This document shows, piece after piece, positions 1 through 8,694 of a stretch of DNA of 64,000 nucleotides. Numbering within the stretch: position 1 is the stretch's first letter; every line of letters begins with the position of its first letter. The position numbers and the translations under genes were made by a program. The stretch is from Alphaproteobacteria bacterium (GTDB lineage Bacteria; Pseudomonadota; Alphaproteobacteria; RS24): assembly GCA_029248825.1 (NCBI GenBank), contig JAQWIP010000102.1, positions 12,847 to 76,846 on the forward strand. Reading direction: 5' to 3'. The notes under the pieces are model-generated. The model was not told the origin of the DNA, made no database searches, and saw only the letters and a list, made by a program, of their open reading frames with translations.

Positions 1-130
1 CCGCGAAAATGCGGCTCGTATTATCGAAGCTGGCGCCTCTATGTTGGTGGCCGGAACCGCCACTTTCAAGGGTGGCCCCACCGCTTATGCCGATAATATA
101 GCCGCTCTGCGGACTGCCAAGGGGCAGTAA
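1..130 (+). CDS. rpe: ribulose-phosphate 3-epimerase, C-terminal fragment (5' end outside window)
   Basis: Frame 2 reads RENAARIIEAGASMLVAGTATFKGGPTAYADNIAALRTAKGQ*, resembling the Rpe C-terminus. TAA at 128-130 overlaps the next ATG (TAATG). Confidence 0.6.
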   Translation, partial: RENAARIIEAGASMLVAGTATFKGGPTAYADNIAALRTAKGQ

Positions 131-1857
131 TGGGACGCGCGCACCGGCTGACGACAGGCTTTGAAGCCTTGCGCGCCGATGCTGCTGCGTTTCGCCATAA
201 CCTCCGAAATGCGTTTTTATGCGTCTCCCCGGGACGCCGCCTTTGGCAAGGCCCTGCGGGCGCGCTGACCTATGGCGTGCCGCCGAGCTTGCGCCCGGGA
301 AACCCCGCGCGCGGCGAGGCTTGGCTGGCGGGCGATTATACTTTGCCCGGCGCCATTGTAAGAGATGCCAGCCGTCTGCCGTTTCAAATCGAGCCGCCCA
401 ATGCGGAATGGCGCGATGAATTGCATAGTTTTTCTTGGGCCTGTGATTTACTGGCGCTGCCCGATGCGGCGGGTCATCAGATGTGCCGCGATATGATTTT
501 GCACTGGGTGCAGGCGGATTATTTGGGGCGCAAAAAATATATGGCGCCCAATGTGGTCAGCCGCCGATTGGCCCGCTGGAACCTCGCCCTTGGGGTGTTG
601 AAGGCAGGCTTTGATAGCCAAGAATTGGCGCGCATAAATACCTGCTATACGCATCAGGCGCGCTGGCTGGCGCTGACCATTGGGCAAATTCCCGACGGGC
701 AAATGCGCCTCGAAAGTGCCATTGGGCTTACGTTAGCTGGCTTGAGCTTGCCGCAAGAAGGGCAGATTTTGCGCCAAGGCATGGATTTGCTAATCCGAGA
801 ATTGCGCCGCCAAATCCTCCCCGATGGCGGCCATATCAGCCGCACGCCCGATATTTTGGTCGACCTTTTGGCCGATTTAATCGCCATTGAATCGGGGCTG
901 GCGGCGCGCCAAATCGCCCCGCCGAATTTATTCGCCATCACCTTAACCCGCATGCAAGCCATGGTGCGTATGTTGCGCCATAGAGATAAAAAACTTGCCG
1001 TCTTCCAAGGCGGGCTGGAGCGAGAGGCCGCGAGCCTAGATGCGGTTTTGCCCAAAAAAGACCAGACGCCGATGAGTTTTGCCCCGAAAAGCGGCTACCA
1101 GCGCCTAGATGCCGAACAGACCACCGTCTTGGTCGATACGGGCAGTGAGATGAGCGGCGTCCATAGTTTGAAAAGCCATCCCGCCCCGCTGGCCTTTGAA
1201 ATGAGCCATGGCAGCGATCGTTTGATTGTCAATTGCGGGCCCAACCTTGTGCATGGCGCCGATTGGAAACTGGCGGCGCGCGGGCTGTCGGCGCATTCGA
1301 CGCTGTCTTTTGACCAAAATGTGAAAGACCCGTTTTTGCGCAGCGGCCATGCCGCGCGTCGTTTAGGCTCTCGCTTGAAAGCCGATGATTGGCATGTCAC
1401 GGCGCGGCGCGTCGAAGATAAAACCGGCATTTGGCTGGAGGCCAGCCATGGTATTTTTCTCGACACCCATGGCGTGCGTCACAATCGGCGTTTGTTTATG
1501 GATGCGCGCGGCGAAGATTTGCGCGGCGAAGATTTACTGCTCGCCGATATGTCGCATGAGGCGGCCGAGGGCGCGCCCTTTCATTTGCGCTTTCATTTGC
1601 ACCCTGATGTGACCGCCAGTTTGCAAAGCGGCGGCGATGCGGTTTTGCTGCTGACACCGAGCGGCCACGGCTGGCAATTTCGTACCGGCAAAGACAGCCC
1701 CACTCAATTGCGCCTCGAAGAAAGCGTCTATATGGGACGCCACGGCGTGCCGCAACGGAGCCAGCAACTTGCCATTCGCGGGCAATTGGGCCATACCGAT
1801 ACGCTCATCCGCTGGGCCTTGCGCTATGCAGGACGGCGCGGAAAACGCAGACCTTAG
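130..1857 (+). CDS. heparinase II/III-like family protein (function unknown)
   Basis: 575 aa ORF. Its position between rpe and purH and its overall sequence character recall the heparinase II/III-like proteins annotated at this locus in alphaproteobacteria. This is a call from memory, not a search. Confidence 0.5.
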   Translation: MGRAHRLTTGFEALRADAAAFRHNLRNAFLCVSPGRRLWQGPAGALTYGVPPSLRPGNPARGEAWLAGDYTLPGAIVRDASRLPFQIEPPNAEWRDELHSFSWACDLLALPDAAGHQMCRDMILHWVQADYLGRKKYMAPNVVSRRLARWNLALGVLKAGFDSQELARINTCYTHQARWLALTIGQIPDGQMRLESAIGLTLAGLSLPQEGQILRQGMDLLIRELRRQILPDGGHISRTPDILVDLLADLIAIESGLAARQIAPPNLFAITLTRMQAMVRMLRHRDKKLAVFQGGLEREAASLDAVLPKKDQTPMSFAPKSGYQRLDAEQTTVLVDTGSEMSGVHSLKSHPAPLAFEMSHGSDRLIVNCGPNLVHGADWKLAARGLSAHSTLSFDQNVKDPFLRSGHAARRLGSRLKADDWHVTARRVEDKTGIWLEASHGIFLDTHGVRHNRRLFMDARGEDLRGEDLLLADMSHEAAEGAPFHLRFHLHPDVTASLQSGGDAVLLLTPSGHGWQFRTGKDSPTQLRLEESVYMGRHGVPQRSQQLAIRGQLGHTDTLIRWALRYAGRRGKRRP

Positions 1858-1882
1858 TTAACGACCAAGTTAGGAACCCCCC

Positions 1883-3484
1883 ATGACAAATTCCCCCTCC
1901 AAGTCCGAACGCAAAGGCATGACGCGCGCGCTGATTTCCGTGTCCGATAAAGACGGGATTGTCGATTTCGCAAAACAGCTTGCGGCCAAAGGGGTCGAGC
2001 TGGTCTCGACGGGCGGCACGGCCAAGTTATTGCAAGAAGCCGGTCTGGCGTGTCGCGATGTCTCGGAGCTGACGGGGTTTCCAGAGATGATGGATGGCCG
2101 CGTCAAAACCCTCCACCCGAAGGTTCACGGCGGGCTTTTGGCCATTCGTGAGAATGAGGCACATCAAAGCTCGATGCATGAACATGACATTCTGGCGATT
2201 GATTTGCTGGTGGTGAACCTTTACCCGTTTGAGGCCACGGTGGCGGCTGGCGGCGATTATGCGAGCTGCATTGAGAATATTGATATCGGCGGGCCCGCGA
2301 TGATCCGCGCGGCGGCGAAAAACCATAATGATGTCGCGGTTTTGGTCGATAATGAAGATTATGACGAAGTGCTGGCGGCACTCGATGCGGGCGGCACGGA
2401 TTTGTCTTTGCGCCAGCGCTTGGCGCAAAAAGCCTATGCCCGCACGGGCGCCTATGACGCCGCGATTTCCAATTGGATGGCCGCGCAACTCGAAATTGAC
2501 ATGCCGCCCTACCGTGCGGTTGGCGGCAAATTGCAACAGGCTTTGCGCTATGGCGAAAACCCGCATCAGCAAGCTGGCTTTTATGTTGGCGATACGCCGC
2601 GCATTGGTGTCGCCACCGCCGAGCAAGTGCAAGGCAAAGCGCTGTCGTATAATAATATCAATGACACAGATGCCGCGTTTGAATTGGTCGCCGAATTCGA
2701 CCCCGCCCAAACCGCGGCTTGCGCCATCATCAAACACGCCAATCCTTGCGGCGTCGCTACGGGCGCCACATTGTCCGAGGCTTTTGCCAAAGCGTTGCGT
2801 TGCGATCCGGTTTCGGCTTTTGGCGGCATTATCGCCATGAACCAAACCCTCGATGCCGCCACGGCCACCGCGATTACCGAGATTTTCACCGAAGTGATTA
2901 TCGCGCCAGACGCCGATGCGGCGGCGCGCGAGGTGATTGCGAAAAAGAAGAACTTGCGCTTGCTGATTACCGGCGGCCTTCCTGTGGCCGATGCCGCAGG
3001 GCTTTCGCTGCGCAATGTTGCGGGCGGCTATTTGGTGCAAAATCGCGACAATGGCCATATTGGCGAGGCGGATTTAACCTGCGTCACCAAGCGCCAACCC
3101 AGCGCCCGAGAGCTGGCCGACTTATTGTTTGCTTGGCGCGTTGCCAAACATGTGAAGTCCAATGCGATTGTCTATGTAAAAGATGGCGCCACTGTGGGCG
3201 TGGGCGCAGGGCAAATGAGCCGCCTCGACAGCTCGCGCATTGCCGCGCGCAAAAGCCAAGATGCCGCCGAAGCTTGTGGGGCAGACGCGCCCCTCGCTAA
3301 AGGCTCGGTTGTCGCCTCGGATGCTTTCTTCCCGTTCGCGGATGGTCTGCTAAATGCGGCCGAAGCGGGTGCGACAGCCGTCATCCAGCCCGGTGGCTCC
3401 ATTCGCGACGATGACGTCATTGCCGCCGCCGATGAAGCGGGATTGGCCATGATGTTTACCGGCATGCGCCATTTCCGACACTAA
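1883..3484 (+). CDS. purH: bifunctional AICAR transformylase / IMP cyclohydrolase
   Basis: Motifs [47 protein letters not shown] and C-terminal MRHFRH. AGGA lies 7 nt upstream of the ATG. An alternative ATG is at 1919. Confidence 0.97.
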   Translation: MTNSPSKSERKGMTRALISVSDKDGIVDFAKQLAAKGVELVSTGGTAKLLQEAGLACRDVSELTGFPEMMDGRVKTLHPKVHGGLLAIRENEAHQSSMHEHDILAIDLLVVNLYPFEATVAAGGDYASCIENIDIGGPAMIRAAAKNHNDVAVLVDNEDYDEVLAALDAGGTDLSLRQRLAQKAYARTGAYDAAISNWMAAQLEIDMPPYRAVGGKLQQALRYGENPHQQAGFYVGDTPRIGVATAEQVQGKALSYNNINDTDAAFELVAEFDPAQTAACAIIKHANPCGVATGATLSEAFAKALRCDPVSAFGGIIAMNQTLDAATATAITEIFTEVIIAPDADAAAREVIAKKKNLRLLITGGLPVADAAGLSLRNVAGGYLVQNRDNGHIGEADLTCVTKRQPSARELADLLFAWRVAKHVKSNAIVYVKDGATVGVGAGQMSRLDSSRIAARKSQDAAEACGADAPLAKGSVVASDAFFPFADGLLNAAEAGATAVIQPGGSIRDDDVIAAADEAGLAMMFTGMRHFRH

Positions 3485-3493
3485 TCGAGCGGC

Positions 3494-5800
3494 TTAGCCA
3501 CACGCGTTTTTTGTGGTGTTTTGCCAGTCCTGCAAAATGGGAAACGCGAGAACCGCTTCGCGCCAATTGGCTTGCGCTTGCGTGCGCGAGAAGATTTTGT
3601 CTTGCATGGCACAGGCCTGCTGTTTGCGCTCTAGCTCGATGAAGATAGCCGCCAGCCCCAGCCGCGCGCCCATGCCGACGGGGTCATCGGCGGGCGTGCG
3701 CCGCGCCAAAGACGACAAAGCGCGCGCCGCTTCTAGGCCGCGTGCATTGGCTTGCAAAGTGGCGGCGCGCAAAAACCAAGCCGAGGGGCGGCGAGGAAAT
3801 TCGCTGGCCAATTTTTCGGCCAATGCCAAAGCCGCTTCGGGCTGCTCGCGGGTTAAATCGAAATCAATCAACGTCTCTAATAACACCGCGCGGGGGCGCC
3901 CTTGCAGGGTCTCCAAATCGCTGGTCAGCCAGACATACTGCGTGGCGAGGCGCGCTTTGGTTTCTGGTTTTTTGAGATAGGCTTTCCAATGCGCCAACAT
4001 ATGAGCGGCGGCGGCATCCTCTTGTGTCTCCAGCAGTGAGCTCAATCTTTCGCTATCTTTTTGCGCCACCAGATAGGATAAAGCGCGCGGCACCAAGGGG
4101 CGAATATCGCCGCCCGCCTCGACAAAACTCCCCCAGGCCGAGCCAAATTTAGGGCTGCTCAATTCTCCGCTCAAGGCAATTTCAATGCCCGCACGATGCA
4201 CCGCCAAAGGGTCTCCCGCAATACATCCGGGCGGGCATTCGACGCGCGTCCATAATTGATACAGCGTCATGGCTCCGCGCGCGCTGGCCGATATTTCGGC
4301 AGGGCTTTCGGTTTTGCGCCGCGCCTTTATCGCCTCGCCAAGCAAGCGCACGCGCATGCCCAAAAACAATCGATAGGCCGGCGTGTCGGGGCCAATGCCG
4401 GTGAGAATTTTATCGGCCTCCGCCCAGTTTTTGCGAGCGGTGGCATCGCGCGCCAAAACCACGCGCGCGCGCATCGCCAATAAAACATCCAAGGAGGGCG
4501 GCGGCGGGGTTGTCGCGGTGTCTGTGGAAATCGCTTGGGCGGGAATGGCGACCCCTTGGAAAGCGCGCGCCAGCGTCAGCATGGCCGCATCGGGTTTTTT
4601 GTCGACGGATAATTGCGCCAAAGCGATTAATTTATTTAATCGTAAGGCCGTTTCGCTGGTCTCTGGCAGAGCGTCTTGCGCCGAGCGAAGATGCGTGATC
4701 GCCAATTTATAGTCGCCCAAATTCAGCCGCGCCACGCCCATATGATAATCGACCCGCCGCTTGAGACCCGTTGGCATATGCGAATGGAAAGCTTTCATGC
4801 CCGGCCAAGCGGCCAAAATCTGTCCGTATTTTTGCGCCGCAAAAGCCTGCCGCATCCCCCGCAAAGAAAGGCCAGGTTCATAATCCATAGCATCGAGCAG
4901 CAATTGATCGCGCGCGACTAAATCCAACGCCGCTTTGAGGTTTTGCCCATCGCCTTGAAAGGCGGGGCGCAAGAGCGCGACAATCTCATAGGCCGGGCGC
5001 GTCTCGCGCATCGCTTGGCGCGCCAAATTCACCGCATCGCCGCTGGCAATCAAGCTTGAGCGAGGCGCCGCCTCAGAGGTTTGTGTGTCGAATAAAGCCA
5101 CGGGAGGGCGATAGTCTGGCGCGCTTATTCGCGCATAAAAATCGTCGACCGCACGGATAAAGCTCGGCGCGCCGCCCCGCTTTAGAGACTGTTGCAAACG
5201 CTGCAAAGTCGAGGTCGCCGTGGTTAAATCCCCTGCCTCAATTTGCGTGGTCGCCAAACCATACATGGCGCGTTGCACCAGCACGGGATGTTTAAATTCA
5301 AAGGTTAGGCCTTGCATCGCCTTGAGCGCGCCTTGCATGGCCTCGGCTTTTTCTTGCGCCGAAATATGGCGCACGGCGGCGGCCAATTGCCCCCAAGCCA
5401 CGCCATAAGCGCTCGCCACGCGCAGGCTTTCAATATCGCCCCATAAATCGGAGGACAGTAATTCTTCAAACGACAATTCATTATGGCGCACATTATCTTC
5501 GGCCCGTTTTCGCAACGCCGCCATAGTGTCCGAGACTTGGCTGGCTTGGCGCACGAAAGGCGCCAGCTCCAGAGGCCCAAAAGCGCTGTCATAACAAGCT
5601 TCCATGCCGATGGAATATTTATCCGTCGCCGCCAGATAGGGCGCGCTATTTTCGCTCAAAGCGGCCAGAATTTTTTCTGGCGTTTGGGTCAATAAGGCCG
5701 GCGGCGCCTCGCACGCGCGCACAGCGCTTGGCTCAAAACTCGCCAGAGCAACAAGCCAGACAGCCAACAAGGGTGCGCGCCAATATCGAATTAAAAACAT
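3494..5800 (-). CDS. large secreted alpha-helical (TPR-like?) protein of unknown function, last gene of the exbBD operon
   Basis: 768 aa. N-terminal signal peptide MFLIRYWRAPLLAVWLVALASFEPSAVRA. Long Ala/Leu-rich helical sequence with no catalytic motif recognised. Starts 8 nt after the VWA gene stop. Confidence 0.6.
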   Translation of the reverse strand: MFLIRYWRAPLLAVWLVALASFEPSAVRACEAPPALLTQTPEKILAALSENSAPYLAATDKYSIGMEACYDSAFGPLELAPFVRQASQVSDTMAALRKRAEDNVRHNELSFEELLSSDLWGDIESLRVASAYGVAWGQLAAAVRHISAQEKAEAMQGALKAMQGLTFEFKHPVLVQRAMYGLATTQIEAGDLTTATSTLQRLQQSLKRGGAPSFIRAVDDFYARISAPDYRPPVALFDTQTSEAAPRSSLIASGDAVNLARQAMRETRPAYEIVALLRPAFQGDGQNLKAALDLVARDQLLLDAMDYEPGLSLRGMRQAFAAQKYGQILAAWPGMKAFHSHMPTGLKRRVDYHMGVARLNLGDYKLAITHLRSAQDALPETSETALRLNKLIALAQLSVDKKPDAAMLTLARAFQGVAIPAQAISTDTATTPPPPSLDVLLAMRARVVLARDATARKNWAEADKILTGIGPDTPAYRLFLGMRVRLLGEAIKARRKTESPAEISASARGAMTLYQLWTRVECPPGCIAGDPLAVHRAGIEIALSGELSSPKFGSAWGSFVEAGGDIRPLVPRALSYLVAQKDSERLSSLLETQEDAAAAHMLAHWKAYLKKPETKARLATQYVWLTSDLETLQGRPRAVLLETLIDFDLTREQPEAALALAEKLASEFPRRPSAWFLRAATLQANARGLEAARALSSLARRTPADDPVGMGARLGLAAIFIELERKQQACAMQDKIFSRTQAQANWREAVLAFPILQDWQNTTKNACG

Positions 5801-5808
5801 CCCCGCCC

Positions 5809-6960
5809 CTATTCCAAATTGGCCAAGAAAGGCGCCAGCTCATCGTGAAACTTATCGTCGAAAATAAGCAGCGCCAAGGTTTTCATCAATTGGCGCTCAG
5901 CCGCCAAAGTCGCCGCTGTGCCGCCGCCCAAACGAGCCAATCTTTTAAATTGCGGCATCGTGCCTTGCTTTAATAAATCCGCGCGCCCCGACGTTTTGGC
6001 GCGCGCCCGACCCAACATTGCCCGATTGGCCTCGACGCGACTGTCGAGCAAAGAAAGCCGTCCGCCACGCGATTTCAACCGTTCGGCAATCTGTGCCGCT
6101 TCACCCGCCTCACGCGAATGCGGGGGCGCATCGCCAATGACAATCACCACGCGTTGCGCGCCCGGTCGCCACGCGATTTTGGTTTCCGCGTCGCGCAAGG
6201 CTTGGGTTACCGCTTCTGGATAATCGCCGCCGCCGACCGCATCAATGGCCGCAATGAAATCGCGCGATTTCACAATGTCAAAACTCGGCTGGGTGATGCG
6301 GGTGACAAACTCCAAATCATTATAATCGCGATAGGCGATAATGCCGAAGCGCGCCAAAGGCACGAGGTTGCGAATGTAAGTCGCCAATTGTTCCATCCGC
6401 TGATGAACTTTTTTATGCACCCAAACCATCGACCCCGTCGCATCAATGGCAAAAACCACATCAATTCCGGTCTTTTGCAAATGCTCAATATAATCGGCGA
6501 AAGTTTGCGGCACGCCCGAGATTAGCCCGCCGCCCGGAAGCGCGCGTTGGGTAACCGCCGCTGCGGGCAAAGGCATGGCAGGCGCGATGGCCGCCATATT
6601 GGCATTGTCCATCATCAAGTCATTGAAATCTGTATCGAGCGGCACTTCGAGAAGCTCGGATAAATCGAGATTTGCTTCCGCTTCGCGAAAATCTTCCGGC
6701 GGCGCCTGCGTGTCCAGCGTCAAATCCAGCTCTTCTGGCCCCGCTTCGCCCGCCGAAATGACCACGCTATCTTGCTCTGCCCCGCTGCCGCGCTCGCCGC
6801 CAAATAGCAACAGCAACACAAAGCCCACCGCGATGACATGCAAGACCACCGAGCCAACCAAAAGCCCAATCCAGACGCGGCGCGGCACCGCAATCAGGCG
6901 GGCGCGCAATTGGCCAAACCAGCCGCTTTTCTGGGTATTTGGGGCTGAGTTCGCGCTCAT
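5809..6960 (-). CDS. membrane-anchored von Willebrand factor A (VWA) domain protein with a TonB-like N-terminal anchor
   Basis: 383 aa. RR + TM helix RRVWIGLLVGSVVLHVIAVGFVLLLLF with Ser37/His41 spaced as in the TonB SxxxH anchor. Acidic/Pro linker. VWA-type motif DVVFAIDATGSM (residues ~166-180) and VVIVIGDAPPH. The ATG overlaps the exbD2 stop (ATGA). Confidence 0.7.
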   Translation of the reverse strand: MSANSAPNTQKSGWFGQLRARLIAVPRRVWIGLLVGSVVLHVIAVGFVLLLLFGGERGSGAEQDSVVISAGEAGPEELDLTLDTQAPPEDFREAEANLDLSELLEVPLDTDFNDLMMDNANMAAIAPAMPLPAAAVTQRALPGGGLISGVPQTFADYIEHLQKTGIDVVFAIDATGSMVWVHKKVHQRMEQLATYIRNLVPLARFGIIAYRDYNDLEFVTRITQPSFDIVKSRDFIAAIDAVGGGDYPEAVTQALRDAETKIAWRPGAQRVVIVIGDAPPHSREAGEAAQIAERLKSRGGRLSLLDSRVEANRAMLGRARAKTSGRADLLKQGTMPQFKRLARLGGGTAATLAAERQLMKTLALLIFDDKFHDELAPFLANLE

Positions 6961-7370
6961 TGTGCGGCTCCCTCATATTGCGTTTTCAGGCGAATTTCGC
7001 CCACCCCCGCTTTGGCCATGGCGGCGCGAAAAGCCAAAAGCGGTTTCGCATGGGCGCGCCGGTCGGCAATCAGCTCGACGGGCAAGCCTTGCTCGACAAT
7101 TCCCGCTGATTTCACATAATCCGCCAATTCGCCCAAAGTAACGCTTTCGCCTTCGGATAAATAAAACATGTCATCTTGTTTCAACCAGACGGCAAAGGCC
7201 GCGCCTGTGTATTCACTGTCTTGGGTGGAGGTCGCCACTTCGATTTGCTGCGGATGATTGGTCGTCGGGCGTCCCGCGATCAGCACAAATAAGATGAGCA
7301 GAAACACCACATTGATGAGCGGCAGCAAATCGATGGATTTTATTTCACGGCGTTGGCGATTGATTTTCAT
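6957..7370 (-). CDS. exbD: biopolymer transport protein ExbD/TolR (second copy)
   Basis: Start trimmed to MKINRQRREIKSIDLLPLINVVFLLILFVL, a typical ExbD N-terminus with single TM. The ORF-track extension 7371-7589 overlaps the upstream exbD. Confidence 0.85.
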   Translation of the reverse strand: MKINRQRREIKSIDLLPLINVVFLLILFVLIAGRPTTNHPQQIEVATSTQDSEYTGAAFAVWLKQDDMFYLSEGESVTLGELADYVKSAGIVEQGLPVELIADRRAHAKPLLAFRAAMAKAGVGEIRLKTQYEGAAQ

Positions 7371-7383
7371 AAGGCCCCAGCGC

Positions 7384-7821
7384 TCAAAAATCGGCCAGAT
7401 CAATATCAAATACATCGCGCTCCAAAGTGATGGAGGCTGCGCCCGCCTCCACCAAGAGGTCGAGCGTATCGGATATTTTTTGAACTTCTGCCGCGCCCGC
7501 CGGCATAAGCACGACAAGTTGGTCGTCGTGGCGCGCCACCAAAGCGGCGACATCTTGCGCCAGTTTTTCAGAGCTGACGGGCGCCCCATTCCAGTGCAAT
7601 TTGCCCGCTTCGCTAAGCGTCACAATCGCAGGCTGGCTGGCACTCTCGCTGCCGCCAGTGCCGCGCGGCGGCGCCAGACGGCTTTGGCCATAGCTGACAA
7701 AATCAGAGCCGAGCAGAAAAAACAGCAGCAATAGAAAAATCATATCGATGAGCGGGGTTAGCCCCATCATCGGATTTTTGCGCCGCGCGCGGGTGATTTG
7801 AAGGGCTTGCGACATCAGCAA
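7384..7821 (-). CDS. exbD: biopolymer transport protein ExbD/TolR (first copy)
   Basis: 145 aa with RRKNPMMGLTPLIDMIFLLLLFFLL anchor motif. Begins 8 nt after the exbB stop. Confidence 0.88.
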   Translation of the reverse strand: MLMSQALQITRARRKNPMMGLTPLIDMIFLLLLFFLLGSDFVSYGQSRLAPPRGTGGSESASQPAIVTLSEAGKLHWNGAPVSSEKLAQDVAALVARHDDQLVVLMPAGAAEVQKISDTLDLLVEAGAASITLERDVFDIDLADF

Positions 7822-7829
7822 GGAGCCCC

Positions 7830-8603
7830 TTAGGCTTTCGCCTGACTATCGCTGCGAACCAATATTTCGGTCAGCGCATCTTCCACCGTGTCGCGCACAT
7901 CATCCACCGCATTGTTGAACACAGCGGCGAGGATAGAAAACGGCAAGGCGACCCCAAGCCCGAAAGCGGTTGTCAAAAGAGCTTCCCAAATGCCCGAAGC
8001 CAGCAAAGCCGTATCCGCCCCACTGGAACCTTGGCCGACGCCTTGGAAAGCCACAATCATTCCCAACACGGTTCCCAACAAACCAAACAGCGGGGCGGAG
8101 GCCGCAATAAGTTCGAGAACCCAAATGTTTTTGCTTAAATGGCGAATTAAATATTGCGCCCGTCGGCCTAATTCTTCGCGCAAAATAGTGGCGCTCATCG
8201 TGCGGCCATGGGCTTGGGTAAGCGCATAGCCGATGAGCGGCGCGGCCGGATGGGCATAGGCATCGAGGCGTTTGGCCAGACCGTCAATTTCTCCCGCGCG
8301 ATAATCGGCCAAAGCCGCATCCAATTGTTGCGGGCGATAAATATCCATTTGGTAGAATTGGTAAATTTTAACCCCGGCCACCGGCAAGCCAACCGCCGAT
8401 AAAAGCGCAATGACCCAAGTGACCAAGCCGCCCTTGGAGAATAACAAGCCGAAAAAGCTCGGCGCCTCTTGCGCTACAGCCGTATTTTGCGCCGCGGCCA
8501 CATCTTGCGCCCAGCTTAGCTCGGGCAGCAAAGCCCCCGCCATCATAATTAAGCTCACGCCGGCCCATAGGGAAGCGGATTTCATAACGCCAAGTTTCAA
8601 CAT
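7830..8603 (-). CDS. exbB: MotA/TolQ/ExbB proton-channel protein with N-terminal signal-like extension
   Basis: 257 aa. C-terminal TM pair PLFGLLGTVLGMIVAFQ ... GIWEALLTTAFGLGVALP typical of ExbB/TolQ. N-terminus looks like a signal peptide ending SWAQD. Confidence 0.88.
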   Translation of the reverse strand: MLKLGVMKSASLWAGVSLIMMAGALLPELSWAQDVAAAQNTAVAQEAPSFFGLLFSKGGLVTWVIALLSAVGLPVAGVKIYQFYQMDIYRPQQLDAALADYRAGEIDGLAKRLDAYAHPAAPLIGYALTQAHGRTMSATILREELGRRAQYLIRHLSKNIWVLELIAASAPLFGLLGTVLGMIVAFQGVGQGSSGADTALLASGIWEALLTTAFGLGVALPFSILAAVFNNAVDDVRDTVEDALTEILVRSDSQAKA

Positions 8604-8635
8604 AAAATTCTCCTTTGAGCCAAAACATTAGCGCA

Positions 8636-8675
8636 ATGAAAAAACGCCGCCAGTAAAAATTGGCGGCGTTTTCAT
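8636..8675 (-). terminator. rho-independent terminator downstream of the acyl-CoA dehydrogenase gene
   Basis: Perfect 10-bp stem AACGCCGCCA (8643-8652) / TGGCGGCGTT (8661-8670) with an 8-nt loop. On the minus-strand transcript the stem is followed by a U-run. Confidence 0.8.
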
Positions 8676-8694
8676 TATTTTGAACGGGGCAAGT

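Noticed and set aside
2027-3058. 343-aa ORF antisense to purH. Similar shadows: 62647-63534 over rph/rdgB, 52440-53096 over hisF, 54740-55375 over pfkB, 29743-30351 over leuS.
   Set aside because: All are contained within high-confidence genes on the opposite strand. Their products are Arg/Ala/Gly-rich and lack recognisable motifs or ribosome-binding sites.
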